A stretch of 64,000 nucleotides of DNA from NCBI GenBank assembly GCA_016748015.1, contig JAAOMT010000786.1:131903-195902 (forward strand), written 5' to 3'. Origin of the DNA: Geosiphon pyriformis uo1. Its lineage: Eukaryota > Fungi > Glomeromycota. The position numbers and the translations under genes were made by a program. Below are positions 33,851 through 44,901 of this stretch, in pieces. How positions within the stretch are numbered: position 1 is the first letter of the stretch; each line of letters starts with the position of its first letter. The notes beneath the pieces are model-generated. The model had not been told where the DNA came from and made no database searches. It saw only the letters and a program-made list of their open reading frames with translations.

Positions 33851-35365
33851 ATAATAATATTTATAATTTAATGTTTTTTTAATTAATAATAGTTGTAAAA
33901 ATTAAGCAATATTATATTCAGTTTAAATAAAAATGTATTTAAAACAGTCTAACTATTTAAGTTTATTATAATAACACTAAAATTAAAAATATATTTCAAA
34001 ATTAAAACAATTGTTTACAATTTTGTTAATATAAAAAAAATTAAACCACTTATTTTAATATTAATAACTATATTTAAATTAATAAAAAATATAACAGCAC
34101 TATTTTTTACTATAAACATATTCAAATTTTTTTATATATATATTAATAATATAGATTAGTATTACAAAAAATTCATAAAATTAAGCATGTTAAAAAATTA
34201 AAAACCAACCAAAAATAAAATAATATAATAAAATACTTTATTATTTAAATAACTAGTTGTTAGTTTAAACTAATTGGAAATTAAATTTTTAAGATTAAAT
34301 TTTTTCTAACAATAAATTTTTTTTTAATCAAAAACAAGTTTTTTTAATATAAAACTGTTTAACAAAAGTAATACTAAATTTTTTAAACAAGTAAAAAACA
34401 TTAAAAAAAAACCAAATTTCTCAAAACAAAAAACATTGAAATATTACCAAAAAAACAAATGTAAAAAACAAATTGTTTACAAAAAAAATATTATAATTTT
34501 AAAATATTTTTACAATTTTAACCAAAAAATTATTTACTTAACTAATTTTTAACTTAACAAAAAACTACAAAAAATATTTAAAAAACCAGTTTAAAATTTA
34601 TAAATCCAAAAACTTATAATTAAACAACCAATTAAAAATATTATTAGTATTTTATTTTTTAGTAAATAATTTTATTTTTTAGTAATTAATTTAATTTTTT
34701 AAAAGTTATGTTATGTTTTTATTGGTGTTTTTTACTAAATAATTTTAAATTTTATAATCTTAATATTATTACTTTTAACAACTTAATTTAATATAATTAA
34801 ATAAACTAAATAATAAAAATAAATAAAAAAATAATAAATTAATAATTATAATTAAAAGCTATTGTTTTAAGATTATTGTAATTACTTTTATGTTTTGAAT
34901 ATTTGTTGTTTTTTAAAAGCAATTCTAATTATTTAATTATTAATAATATTATTTGAATTTATAAGTTTGATTTTTTTAATAGTAAAATTTTTATTAAAAT
35001 AATTAATATAAAAATAAGTTTTTAAGTTTTAGAGTATAAAAATTTTTGTTTATTGTATGTTTTTTTATTTTCTATTATTATTTATATATATACTTATTTT
35101 TAAAAAAATTAAATGTTTTAGTATCTTTATTATTTTTTATTATTTTATTATTATTTTGGTATTTTTAAATTTTTTTTTGGTATTTTTGGAATTCTTAAAA
35201 TATTTTTCTATCATGTTATTTTTTTATATTAATATTTAATTGGTTGATTTAATAATATTATTTTTTATTTAAGTAACACCACATTTATAAAAAAAATCAA
35301 ATATTTATAATATAATTTAATGGTTTAATATTTTTATACTGATTTTTTGTACAAATACAATATAT

Positions 35366-35462
35366 CGAATGAGCCACGTTTAGTTTGATTCACTTGTTTT
35401 GTCTCTATATACTAGATAGTGGTTGGGCTGCACTCGTAAAATAAATAAATAAATAAATAAAT
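35366..35462 (+). mobile_element. Tiny LINE 3'-tail insertion (about 70 bp plus (TAAA)n) with 13-bp TSD
   Basis: Aligns to the LINE 3' UTR at 56580-56650; flanked by AAATACAATATAT at 35353-35365 and 35463-35475. Confidence 0.88.
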
Positions 35463-35981
35463 AAATACAATATATATAAAGTAAATGTATTTAAATATAA
35501 ATTTATTTTTACAATTAAACAAGAGAATTTACAAATAATTAAAAAATTTCAATTTTTATTTTTTTATTTAATATAACTTATAAACTTTAAGTGTAATATA
35601 TATATTCAACTAATAATTTAGAATATATTTTATTAAATAATAATAATTGTAAAAATTTAAAATTAATATTAATAGAATCACTTGTAAAAATTCAAATATT
35701 AGGCGACAAAAATCTCCAAACAATAATATTAAATTAAAAATAAACTCTTTTAATTCATATTTTGGAATTTATTACTTAAATTGTTTTTAATACAAGATTT
35801 AAATAAAAAAAATAACATACAAAAATTTTAGGTTTCATTTCTTACTCACAATTTGTAAAATCTAAAAATAGTTACTTTTCGAAAATCATTAATTCAAAAT
35901 CAAATAAATTTTTAGAAATTACATATTTTACTGAATGCAACAAAGTGGAATAAAGAAGTCAGGAAAAATCAAAAAATTAAA

Positions 35982-36213
35982 AACTCCTTCCTTACCATAT
36001 TCATTCATCTTGAATGAAAAGGAGTTCGTTTGCAAGGTTATACCTTGCGTGATTGGCATCGCGGCGAAAAGGAGGGGGTGGTTGGTGGTCAAACGAGAGG
36101 GTGATGGAGGCCCCCAAAAGAGCAATGTTCACCGCCGCGTTTGCATCTCTTTCTCTTGTGATGCGGTTGATCCTCCTTGCTGGGAACCGGGGATGAATGC
36201 ATTCGACAGCCCC
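35982..36213. ncRNA. Candidate structured non-coding RNA, family not recognised
   Basis: GC/CpG-rich island with about six consecutive stem-loops and no recognisable coding homology. Confidence 0.4.
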
Positions 36214-36868
36214 AACCTTATGCCCATATAATCATTTATCACGGAATAGTATATTAAAGCGGCTTCCCTGAAACTGGTTTATGAACCAATGAGATATTTC
36301 TCCAAATTGTATTACCACATGTCGTGATTTCCTATTATTGAGAAGAGCCTGTTGTAAATGTTAAGTTTAACCAATCATTAAACTTAACACAATTGGAAAC
36401 ATAAAGAATATTCCGTTTTTGCCAATACCCTTTTTAATATTAAGGAAGAAATTTAGATCCAAACCAGAACAATACTTTTCCTCGTGCGATCTGCATTAAA
36501 AAATTTTACCGCTACACAAAAACTCAGGTAAGAAAATTTAGTAATAATAAAGAAATGATTACATCGAAAATAAGGAAAACCTAAACTGTACAAAATAATA
36601 AAGAAATTTGGGCTTTTTAAAAATTCCCTCTTGGCGAACAAATGAATGCAAAACTAGATAAAGTCTACGGTTTGTCAAGGGTATAATGATGGCCTTATCT
36701 TTTTATAGAGACTCCCTTGTTAATGTCCACAAATCGTATAGAAACAAATTTGAGAAACGAATGCCAAAACAAATATCAGAAGCAGCTGATTATCGGAGGA
36801 GTTAATTCAGGCAACTCAATAATTGGTTTTTTTCCTTTTCTAAGTTCAATTCTTTCATGCATCTTTAC

Positions 36869-38821
36869 TTAATAACGCATCATTCCCGAAGCTTGTTGTC
36901 CATTGATTTGATTTGGAATATGCGAGGAAACTGACGAGAGTCCAATCGGCATTGGTCCTTGTACAGACATATTTCCACCAGATTGCATTCCATTAGCTAC
37001 CATTCCAACACTGACTCCCATCGATACACCATTTGGCCCAACATTCATTCCCGACATCCCTGCAACCCCATGTATTGTATCTAAACCCATAACTCCATTG
37101 GCTTGGGTTGAAATTGGGCAATCTTTATGAGCAAGTAACAATGTCTTTAAATTGAGAATTTCTTCCCTCAAAGCTGTAGCTTGATTCTCCAACCTTTCAT
37201 TATCTTGGACGAGATATTCAACTTTATTTTGCAAATTGGCGAGCCATTGTTTCTTGCGTTGGCGACATTTTAAGGCAGCTGTAAATAGGGAATTATTTTA
37301 AATATTACAATGAAAATATGAAAAAGATCAAAAAATAAATGAATAAATTGTGGAAAATTACATACCCTGCCGATTTCGCTCCAAAAAGTTTCTTCGCTTT
37401 TCTTCATCAGTCAAATCATTTTTAACTTTTTGTTGCTGATTGCTTTTCTTGGAAGGAGGCTGATCGCTTAAATTATCCTCAGCTTTTCGACGTCGTGATC
37501 GAGAGCTTGATGGTGTTGATGGATTGCTAACTTTATGCGAGTCAATATGGGAATCTAAATTATCATAAGATTCGTCTTCATAGCCATCATCAGAAGAGGC
37601 TGTGCTAGTACTGGCTGCTACACTAACACTACCAGACATAGCATTCGAATATCCTCCATTTCGTGATAAAAATAAATTGTGATTATTTTCAAGAGATACA
37701 AGATCGTCGTTCTCAGTTTTCGGTACAACAGCATCAGAGATGGTTCTATGTTGGGATTCCTGCATTTGTTGAGCAACAGATAGTATGCCTCTATTGGCAA
37801 TTGTGGTATTTGAAAACATTACAGATTGATTAGGTACTGGATTGGCTACCATTAGGTTTGTGTTTGAGGTGGTTTTTGTCGCACCAGTGCCCATATTCAT
37901 CAAAGCAGATCCAGTTACAGAAGATGGGATCACTGAAATCGTTGATGGCACTCCTCCCTGTTGTGATACTGATGAATTACTATTAGTTGATGCAGCCACA
38001 GTAGCGGGATTAGAAGCAATTTTATTTCTTTCCGAGTCAGTCAAGGGGCGTGGAACACCCTGAGTAGTAAACACGTTACGTCCAAATGGATCGAGGGGAC
38101 CCATATTTATTACAGGGATCGAGGCAGAGTTAATCATTGTAGATGACATATTTCCATTTCCATAAAGGCCCATAGATCTAGGTGATGTCTCCGAGAACGT
38201 ATTGTAGCCCATGTTGGTAGTACTCGCTCGCCCATTCGGTTGAAGGTCATCAAAAACGATAGGGTTTTGTGGCCCTTCTAACATCGAAGGTGAGAGGGGA
38301 CCACTTCGTAGTGTGTGTAAATTCCATCCATATTGATCTTGACTGGGCGGTATACCAGCAGAAGGACTCGTAATAGATGCTACTGGAGGTAAACTTGGTT
38401 TCGGGCTGTTGTTTGTTTCACTATCAGGAAGGGGTGTGACATGGGAGAAACTTTGTTCAAAAGGGTTAGGCTCTAAATCAAGTTTAGAGCATCCGGCTAA
38501 AAATCTTGCTGGATTCTGATCAGTTTGTTGAGGCGGAAGTATATCTTTCCCAGCAAATTTTTTGGTAACATTTGAATTTCGAGGGGGTGGTGAGGAAGGT
38601 GGGACAGAATTACGAGTTTCTGGAGAATTACTATTTTGTGGAGTCGGTATTTCTGAATCTAAGGTAGAATCATTATCAATAAAATGTAGGGCAAGGGATA
38701 CAAGGATGTTGCGTCATCAAATTTTCTGCTTATTTCCAAATGGCCTCAGCATACCTTCACTGCTTATTGAAGATTTATTCGATGGTGAGGAAATATTGTT
38801 GTTGCTGTTGTTGGATACCAT
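36869..38821 (-). CDS. atf1: ATF/CREB bZIP transcription factor, Atf1 type (exons 38821-38755, 38658-37366, 37278-36869)
   Basis: EPNPFEQSF and LRSGPLSPSML motifs; basic region EEKRRNFLERNRQAALKCRQRKKQW; zipper ending LLLAHKDC; GT-AG introns in phase. Confidence 0.93.
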
Positions 38822-39458
38822 AATGGAATTTTGTGAATTCTATTTTATATGAAGAGTTTCATTTCAGCGAGATTTCATATTTTGAAATAGAAACGTGCCT
38901 TCAACTCTCGTAAAGCTAAAATGTGGCACATGATTTAGGCATAGGGTCCATTGATTTAATGTTTATTATGTAAATAAATTTTTTTGCCTGAATATAACAA
39001 TATGCCATTATAATAATGATTTCGTAAAATCATTATTATAAAATGGAACCTTGCTGACTCGTTGTTTGAAAACAACGATTCTTCCTGACCGTTCCCACAG
39101 TCTAACTTCTTCGAGTTGTCTTCACTCGTACAAGATGTAAATTGTACGTACCTGAGAACAGAAAGTTGAAAGTAGCAACCCAACTTAATGACCAATATAC
39201 TGCTGCTCGATAGAATATTTGTTTAATTCAGACTTGACTCATAAAAGGCAATATTCGAAAGGTAATATTGGAAAGGAAGTAAAATAGTTGACAATGGTTA
39301 ATGAAACTGTTGGTTTATGTTGTGTTTTGGGTTTTAAAAAAACTTAGTGCGAGGTGAGAAAAAGTCAAGAGGGTTAATGGGAGAAAAAAGGCCACTATAT
39401 AGTAATAGATAAATGATCAACTATTAGAATTATTTATATTAGGTCGATGACAAAACCT

Positions 39459-39467
39459 TTACGTCAT
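39459..39467 (-). promoter_or_regulatory. CRE-type site ATGACGTAA upstream of atf1
   Basis: Matches the Atf1/CREB core ATGACGT; lies between a CCAAT box (about 39486-39490) and a TATA-like element (about 39396). Confidence 0.55.
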
Positions 39468-40054
39468 TTATCTGCATATTACCTGATTGGTTGCACAAAC
39501 ACTGTGCTCGATATTCGCCCAAACTCGGGATTTTTGTGATTGAAGGGAATCTTTGATGGGTTAGATTTTTTTAACCATTTCAAATAATAAAATTGCCTCT
39601 TTTTTAATGCCAAAAAAATATGAAAAAAGAAACAAGATTTATAGTAGGATATTTAATTTTTAGCATTTTAAAAATAAATTGTTAAAAATTTTTAAAATGA
39701 ATTTAAATTCAAAATCATATAAGTTTAATTGTTAACCACTTATTATTAATTAGGATCAAAGTTTTTAATTGGATAATAATGAATAATCGATATTTATAAA
39801 AATATTCTAATAAAATTTTTTATAATTTTAAAGATATTCTATTTTAATAATTTTTTTGTTGAAATTATAAATAATTATAAATTTAATTTTAAATATTAAA
39901 TATTGATTAGTGATTTAAATTAAATTTCAAAATGTAGGAAAAACAATTTAAATTATTTGAAATAAACTTTAATTTATACAAAAATTATTTTATTTTATTT
40001 TTAAAATTAAATTTGTATAAAAAATTTTAAATATTTTTTGTAAAATACGTAATT

Positions 40055-40090
<36 letters not shown>

Positions 40091-40371
40091 TCATAATATT
40101 TTATATTTATTTAATTAGTTTTATTACATTTTGTAATATTATTTATTATTTCAATTTTAATTGTATTAATATTTTAAAATAAACATTTAAAACATATTTT
40201 ATTTTATCTTAATATTATTTTAACATACGTATATTAACATTATAATATTTAATTACCAAAAATATTGAATATAATAATAAATTTTATAAATTTTGATTGA
40301 ATCAATAAAAATAATTGATGCCAATCACAAATCGATGAAAAAAAAATATACAATTGTTTTCTTCTCGAGCA

Positions 40372-40983
40372 ATGACTAGTCAGATTGTAGTCCTGATTTC
40401 GGGCAATGGTTCTAACTTGCAGGCAATAATTGAAGCAACCCGTTCTCTCACGCTTCCTGCCACGATTTCTCTAGTTGTTTCCAATAGAAAGTCGGCTTAC
40501 GGCTTAACACGCGCTACTGAGGCCGGCATTCCAACCCTAGTTTTTCCGCTGAAGCCTCTCAGAGACAGTGGATGGTCACGTGAGGAATATGATGCTGAGT
40601 TAGCAAAAAGGATTAAGAACTACAATCCAGATTTGATAGTTCTCGCTGGTTGGATGCACATTCTTTCCGAAGGTTTCTTAAGTTATTTTCCGGATAAAGT
40701 GATCAATTTGCATCCCGCGTTGCCTGGACAATTTGATGGCGCAAATGCAATTGAACGCGCCTTCACAGCATATAAAAAAGGCGATATAAAATTCACTGGA
40801 GTTATGGTTCATAAAGTTATTCCGGAAGTTGATAAAGGAGAGCCATTATTAGTGGAAAAGGTCCTCATATCAGAATCAGATACTATAGAAGACCTAGAAG
40901 CACGTATTCATTCAGTAGAACATCGCTTAATCGTCCAAGGTGCTATCATGTGTTTAGAAATGGCTAAACTATCATCAATATAA
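40372..40983 (+). CDS. ADE8: Phosphoribosylglycinamide formyltransferase, single exon, 203 aa
   Basis: VLISGNGSNLQA, LAGWMHIL, NLHPALPG, G.MVH.V..EVD.G, EH motifs. Confidence 0.97.
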   Translation: MTSQIVVLISGNGSNLQAIIEATRSLTLPATISLVVSNRKSAYGLTRATEAGIPTLVFPLKPLRDSGWSREEYDAELAKRIKNYNPDLIVLAGWMHILSEGFLSYFPDKVINLHPALPGQFDGANAIERAFTAYKKGDIKFTGVMVHKVIPEVDKGEPLLVEKVLISESDTIEDLEARIHSVEHRLIVQGAIMCLEMAKLSSI

Positions 40984-41155
40984 ATGTTAGACGGTATTCA
41001 TTATTGAGATTCTAATTATAATTCAGATCTTCAATATATCGACACCAAAATATAATTATTTTCTTGGCCGTTTGTTGTTCATTTATTTTGCCTTTTCACA
41101 GATTAAAGATCAATATTTTACTGGAAAAAAAAAGGAAAAAGGTTGAAAACAAAAT

Positions 41156-42957
41156 TTACTTGGTGTCCTTAGCTACAATGAGATTGGCTTTCAGCAAATT
41201 CATACGAAGTAGCATGGCATTGGTACTTTTCTCATATTCATCACCCATTTTCAGTGATTTTTGGAAAATCCCGCTCCTTTGATCTTGTTGCTTAGCGCAG
41301 AGAATCTATTTTATTCGCGAAAGAATTCGGGAGAATAAGCATCTCATCTCATTTAAGGAAGTCATAAAAGCCATCAGAATCAATTATTCAACCTTATTAT
41401 GGCTATCGATTCTGGCTTGAATCTGATTTTCCGTAATCAACTTGGCAAGCTCTCTTTCCAATTTGGGTACGGTTGTGCCAAATGATTGGGCCATTTTATT
41501 CAAGTCTACCGTGAGAAAAGGGCTGAAATATTGGATGAGAGCTTTTTTGCGAATATTATCATATAGTGTTTCCAAATGACTATGTAAATGGATATCTAGA
41601 AGATAATCATTCTGTGAAAATACTTTTGTTAGAATCAAAATGGATTTTGGTGATCAATAACCTTTGCTATCTGAATATAAACTTTACCCTCCATTTTTCC
41701 AATATATCCAAAACAAGTGAGTATTTTGAGTGATAGAAGCCGTGTATTAGTTCTCGAATGTGAGGCTCAAGCTCAAGGAATTGCTTAAATTCTGTGTTAT
41801 CGATGACTTTACTCTTAAGCTCTGCCCGATCAAAAGAAGCAAGCGCGCACAGACCTCCATAGACTGCGACATCATTGGGTGATATAACCTATGAATTTGA
41901 CCATGTCAGAAGAGTATATTTATTTTAAAGAAACTTACCAGAAAAAAATCTTTAATATAAATATGTCAACCTCAGTGTAATTATTCGAGAGCTCGAATCC
42001 GGTTTCGAGAAATAGACGAGCAGCAACTTTATATTTGTGACTGTCGAGATGGGCTAGGGCAGCAGCAACTTTTAATTTGGCTTGTACTACCGGTTGAATA
42101 TCAGGTGTTGATTCGGCCTTTATCACATAACTATGAACATGTGAATAGTTGCCTAATTCAACTGAGACCTAGGAGTTTGTTAGAAGACATTAAATATCTA
42201 AAATAACTTTACAAGATAGTCATTCTCAATTGATTTTATTTTCACCTTAATGACATTCATGCACATCTCAATTATATGCTTTGCTGTGGTGCAATAATCA
42301 CGCGTTCTCGAGTAGCATTTCAAAGCGTTTGTCAGACTACCACAGTTATAATGATGATCGCCTAATTCATTGTGACCCATCTGAAAATCCAATTAATAAA
42401 ATGACTATTTATTGAGAAGGCTAAATCAAAGAAACGGAGTATGATATTATCTTGTTGAAACAATGTACATACTCTAATGCTTTCTTTGATCAAATTATTC
42501 TTGTAATTCTTGAGCTCAACTTCTAATCTTTCGGCAGCTGATTTTGCACGTTTTTGTGTGGTTTCTACCCATGCGTTGTCAATATGATATAATGGGCGTC
42601 CTTGGGCAGCTAAGGCCTCGTTAAGCTTTGTTGCTGCAATGATATATTTCCCATGATCTAGCGAATTATTATGAATTTCATTTAGAGCAAGTTTGAAAGC
42701 ATCAATTTGGAGAGCCGGACAACGTTTAGCGATGAAAAGCAGGCGATCAACTTTGGTATGTCCTAAAAAATGACCCAAGTTCGAAATTTCAGAGATTGAG
42801 GGAAATCTTCCTTGGGCAAATCAATAGCTTCAATTAAACCTCGGTAGTTGGCTATATATGTGTCAAGATCTAAGTTATTGGGAAGATCAACAAAAACTTC
42901 GAGAGTCCTCTTCCTCTTGGTGTTAGCACTAGTATTGTCTTCCAAGTTGACGTTCAT
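41156..42957 (-). CDS. CSN1: COP9 signalosome subunit 1 (7 exons)
   Basis: [37 protein letters not shown] domain [10 protein letters not shown]; canonical introns. Confidence 0.95.
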
Positions 42958-43288
42958 ATTTGTTTTTAAACTAAGAGAAAGTTGGAAGTTTGACTCTTGG
43001 AAGTAAGATTAGCTATAAAGTTAAACAACGAAGTACATTCACTTGTCGCGTGTTAGGATGGGAAGACAAGTTTAACAAAGCTGGAGAGAATTTTATCCAC
43101 CGCCTACAAAGTTACACAGTTTCCAATTGCTAAAATTGGATCACACGACATAACCGATTTGAGCAGTATTGTAGGCGTTCCTTCAATTTCCTGTTTGGGA
43201 TTAAACAATGTTACCCTTGAATGTCAAAGCTCGACATGTAATTAAATTTGAGAATCAGACATTGTTTAAACCTGACTTTAATAAATCA

Positions 43289-43832
43289 ATGTCTTCTCTT
43301 AATAGCACACCTACTTGGCCTTCTCTAGATTGGCCACCGTTCCGTGATCGAGGAATTAGCTTGGAAGCTAAAGAAGGTTAACAGGTCTCTGAAAAATTTA
43401 AATAAACGCATTGTTTTAAACTTTTTCTACTATTTTATTCCCAAGACATTTGGCGGTTTACAGTCTTTTGGACTCTTTTATTTTTTGCTTCAATATATGG
43501 AACTGCCGGAATATGGGCTTGGATAGTTTTTCATCGGTGGCGTTGGTCTTTCTTAATACCAGTCGGATTTATAGCTGTCTCTTTATTAACAGGACTTGTT
43601 GGTGGGACTATAGTTGGTCAGATCTTTCTCGAGATATTTGGATGTTTTCTTTTTGATGTAATATTTACCGTTTATTTTATTTTTGAAAATGAAAAAATCA
43701 GGCTATGTACTTGGTGCTTTATACAACTCTGGAAGTTTTATATTGTCAACTTGGGTTCCTTGCCTTTGGGGTTTAACCCAAGCCTTGGTAGCTGTCATGG
43801 GATCGTATTCAACTATGACCAAGATTCTTTGA
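43289..43832 (+). CDS. Small integral membrane protein, TMEM170-like (exons 43289-43376, 43447-43616, 43702-43832)
   Basis: DIWRFTVFWTL, three hydrophobic segments, GALYNSG.F..STW.P..WG; in-phase GT-AG introns. Confidence 0.8.
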
Positions 43833-44052
43833 AGCTGGTCGCCATTATTTAGATTCTTTTCCCTAAATCAAATATTTTGAAATAAATTTCAGGAGAGCAA
43901 ATTGTTATTCTCTTTGAAAGAAATTATCGAGAACATTCAAAAGACAATGGAGTTGTTGCTGATTACACAATCTGCGTAATGAACGCATGGCTATTTTAAT
44001 TAAAATTAAAAGTATAAAATTTTTGATCCTGATCATAAGGCGTCGGTCTGCC

Positions 44053-44701
44053 ATGACGAAAAAAAATAAAGGCAAAAACCTACAATGTCGTGTGGACCAC
44101 CGCGAACTATTCCAACGAATGAATTTTTTGTATCAAGCAGCGGCCTTAATGACTACCACTATACTTCCTGAACAAAACAACCAAATTAATAGCAAAAATA
44201 AATCCGGCTCTGAATCGAATAATCAATTTGCAAGTCCACAAAACATCGCTCCATTGGGTAGATTTTACATCAACACTATGAAAAACATTGGGAAGAAACA
44301 AGTCCTAAGAATGTAGAGTAGTTGGGACTTTTCAATTTTTGAGCTTAACCAGTCGTTCACAAAATATCTGGACTTTGTTATTAGGGACCCGTCAATCAAA
44401 CGGACTCTCTGTAATCGATGTGAAACTTTACTCGTGCCTGGTTTTACCTCGCGTATTCGAGTTAAATGTAAAGTTTTGAGAATTTATGCTACGCTTCTTT
44501 GTTTCTTAAAATGTTTGAATATGAATGCCTTTTTAAACGTACATTCTAGCTCGTAAGCAAAAACATCTTGAGGTTATGTGCACCGAATGTCTCTCTACAA
44601 AATCATTCCCAGTTCGCGAAGGGTATCAAATATTTTCGGAAAAAAGCGAAAATATTGCAAGCGTGGATATACCTGAACCACACGAGGAGTCAGAAATATG
44701 A
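44053..44701 (+). CDS. RPR2: RNase P subunit Rpr2/Rpp21 (3 exons)
   Basis: QRMNFLYQAA, RMDPSIKRTLCNRC...LVPG, second CTEC zinc pair. Confidence 0.92.
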
Positions 44702-44901
44702 AAAACTAATTTATGGCTAGAACATATAAAGCTAAAAAAAAACTTGAAGTGTAACCTGCTGCAACAAGCAAAATTATCTGAATTCAAATTGGTTTTTTGC
44801 ATTTTAAACTTTTTTGGATAAAATTTACGTTTATCGAGTTTCTATATGAAAATAGGGACCTGGAAATATTTTGAATCTCACCTCTCTTGATCGTGAGCAT
44901 C

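Noticed and set aside
35057-35239. 60-aa F/I/L/Y-rich ORF
   Set aside because: Compositional artefact of near-pure AT DNA
35960-36230. GC island as telomerase RNA, SRP RNA or a spliceosomal snRNA
   Set aside because: No CTAACCCT template, no SRP helix-8 motif and no snRNA 5' signature; the Sm-like AATTTTTTG lies in AT-rich flank and may be chance
37618-38852. Small ORFs overlapping atf1 (and similar ones over POL1, NUP85 and the LINEs)
   Set aside because: Antisense or alternative-frame shadows with no independent motifs
41121-41159. Extra terminal intron in CSN1
   Set aside because: Would be only 39 nt; the unspliced frame ends naturally at DTK-TAA
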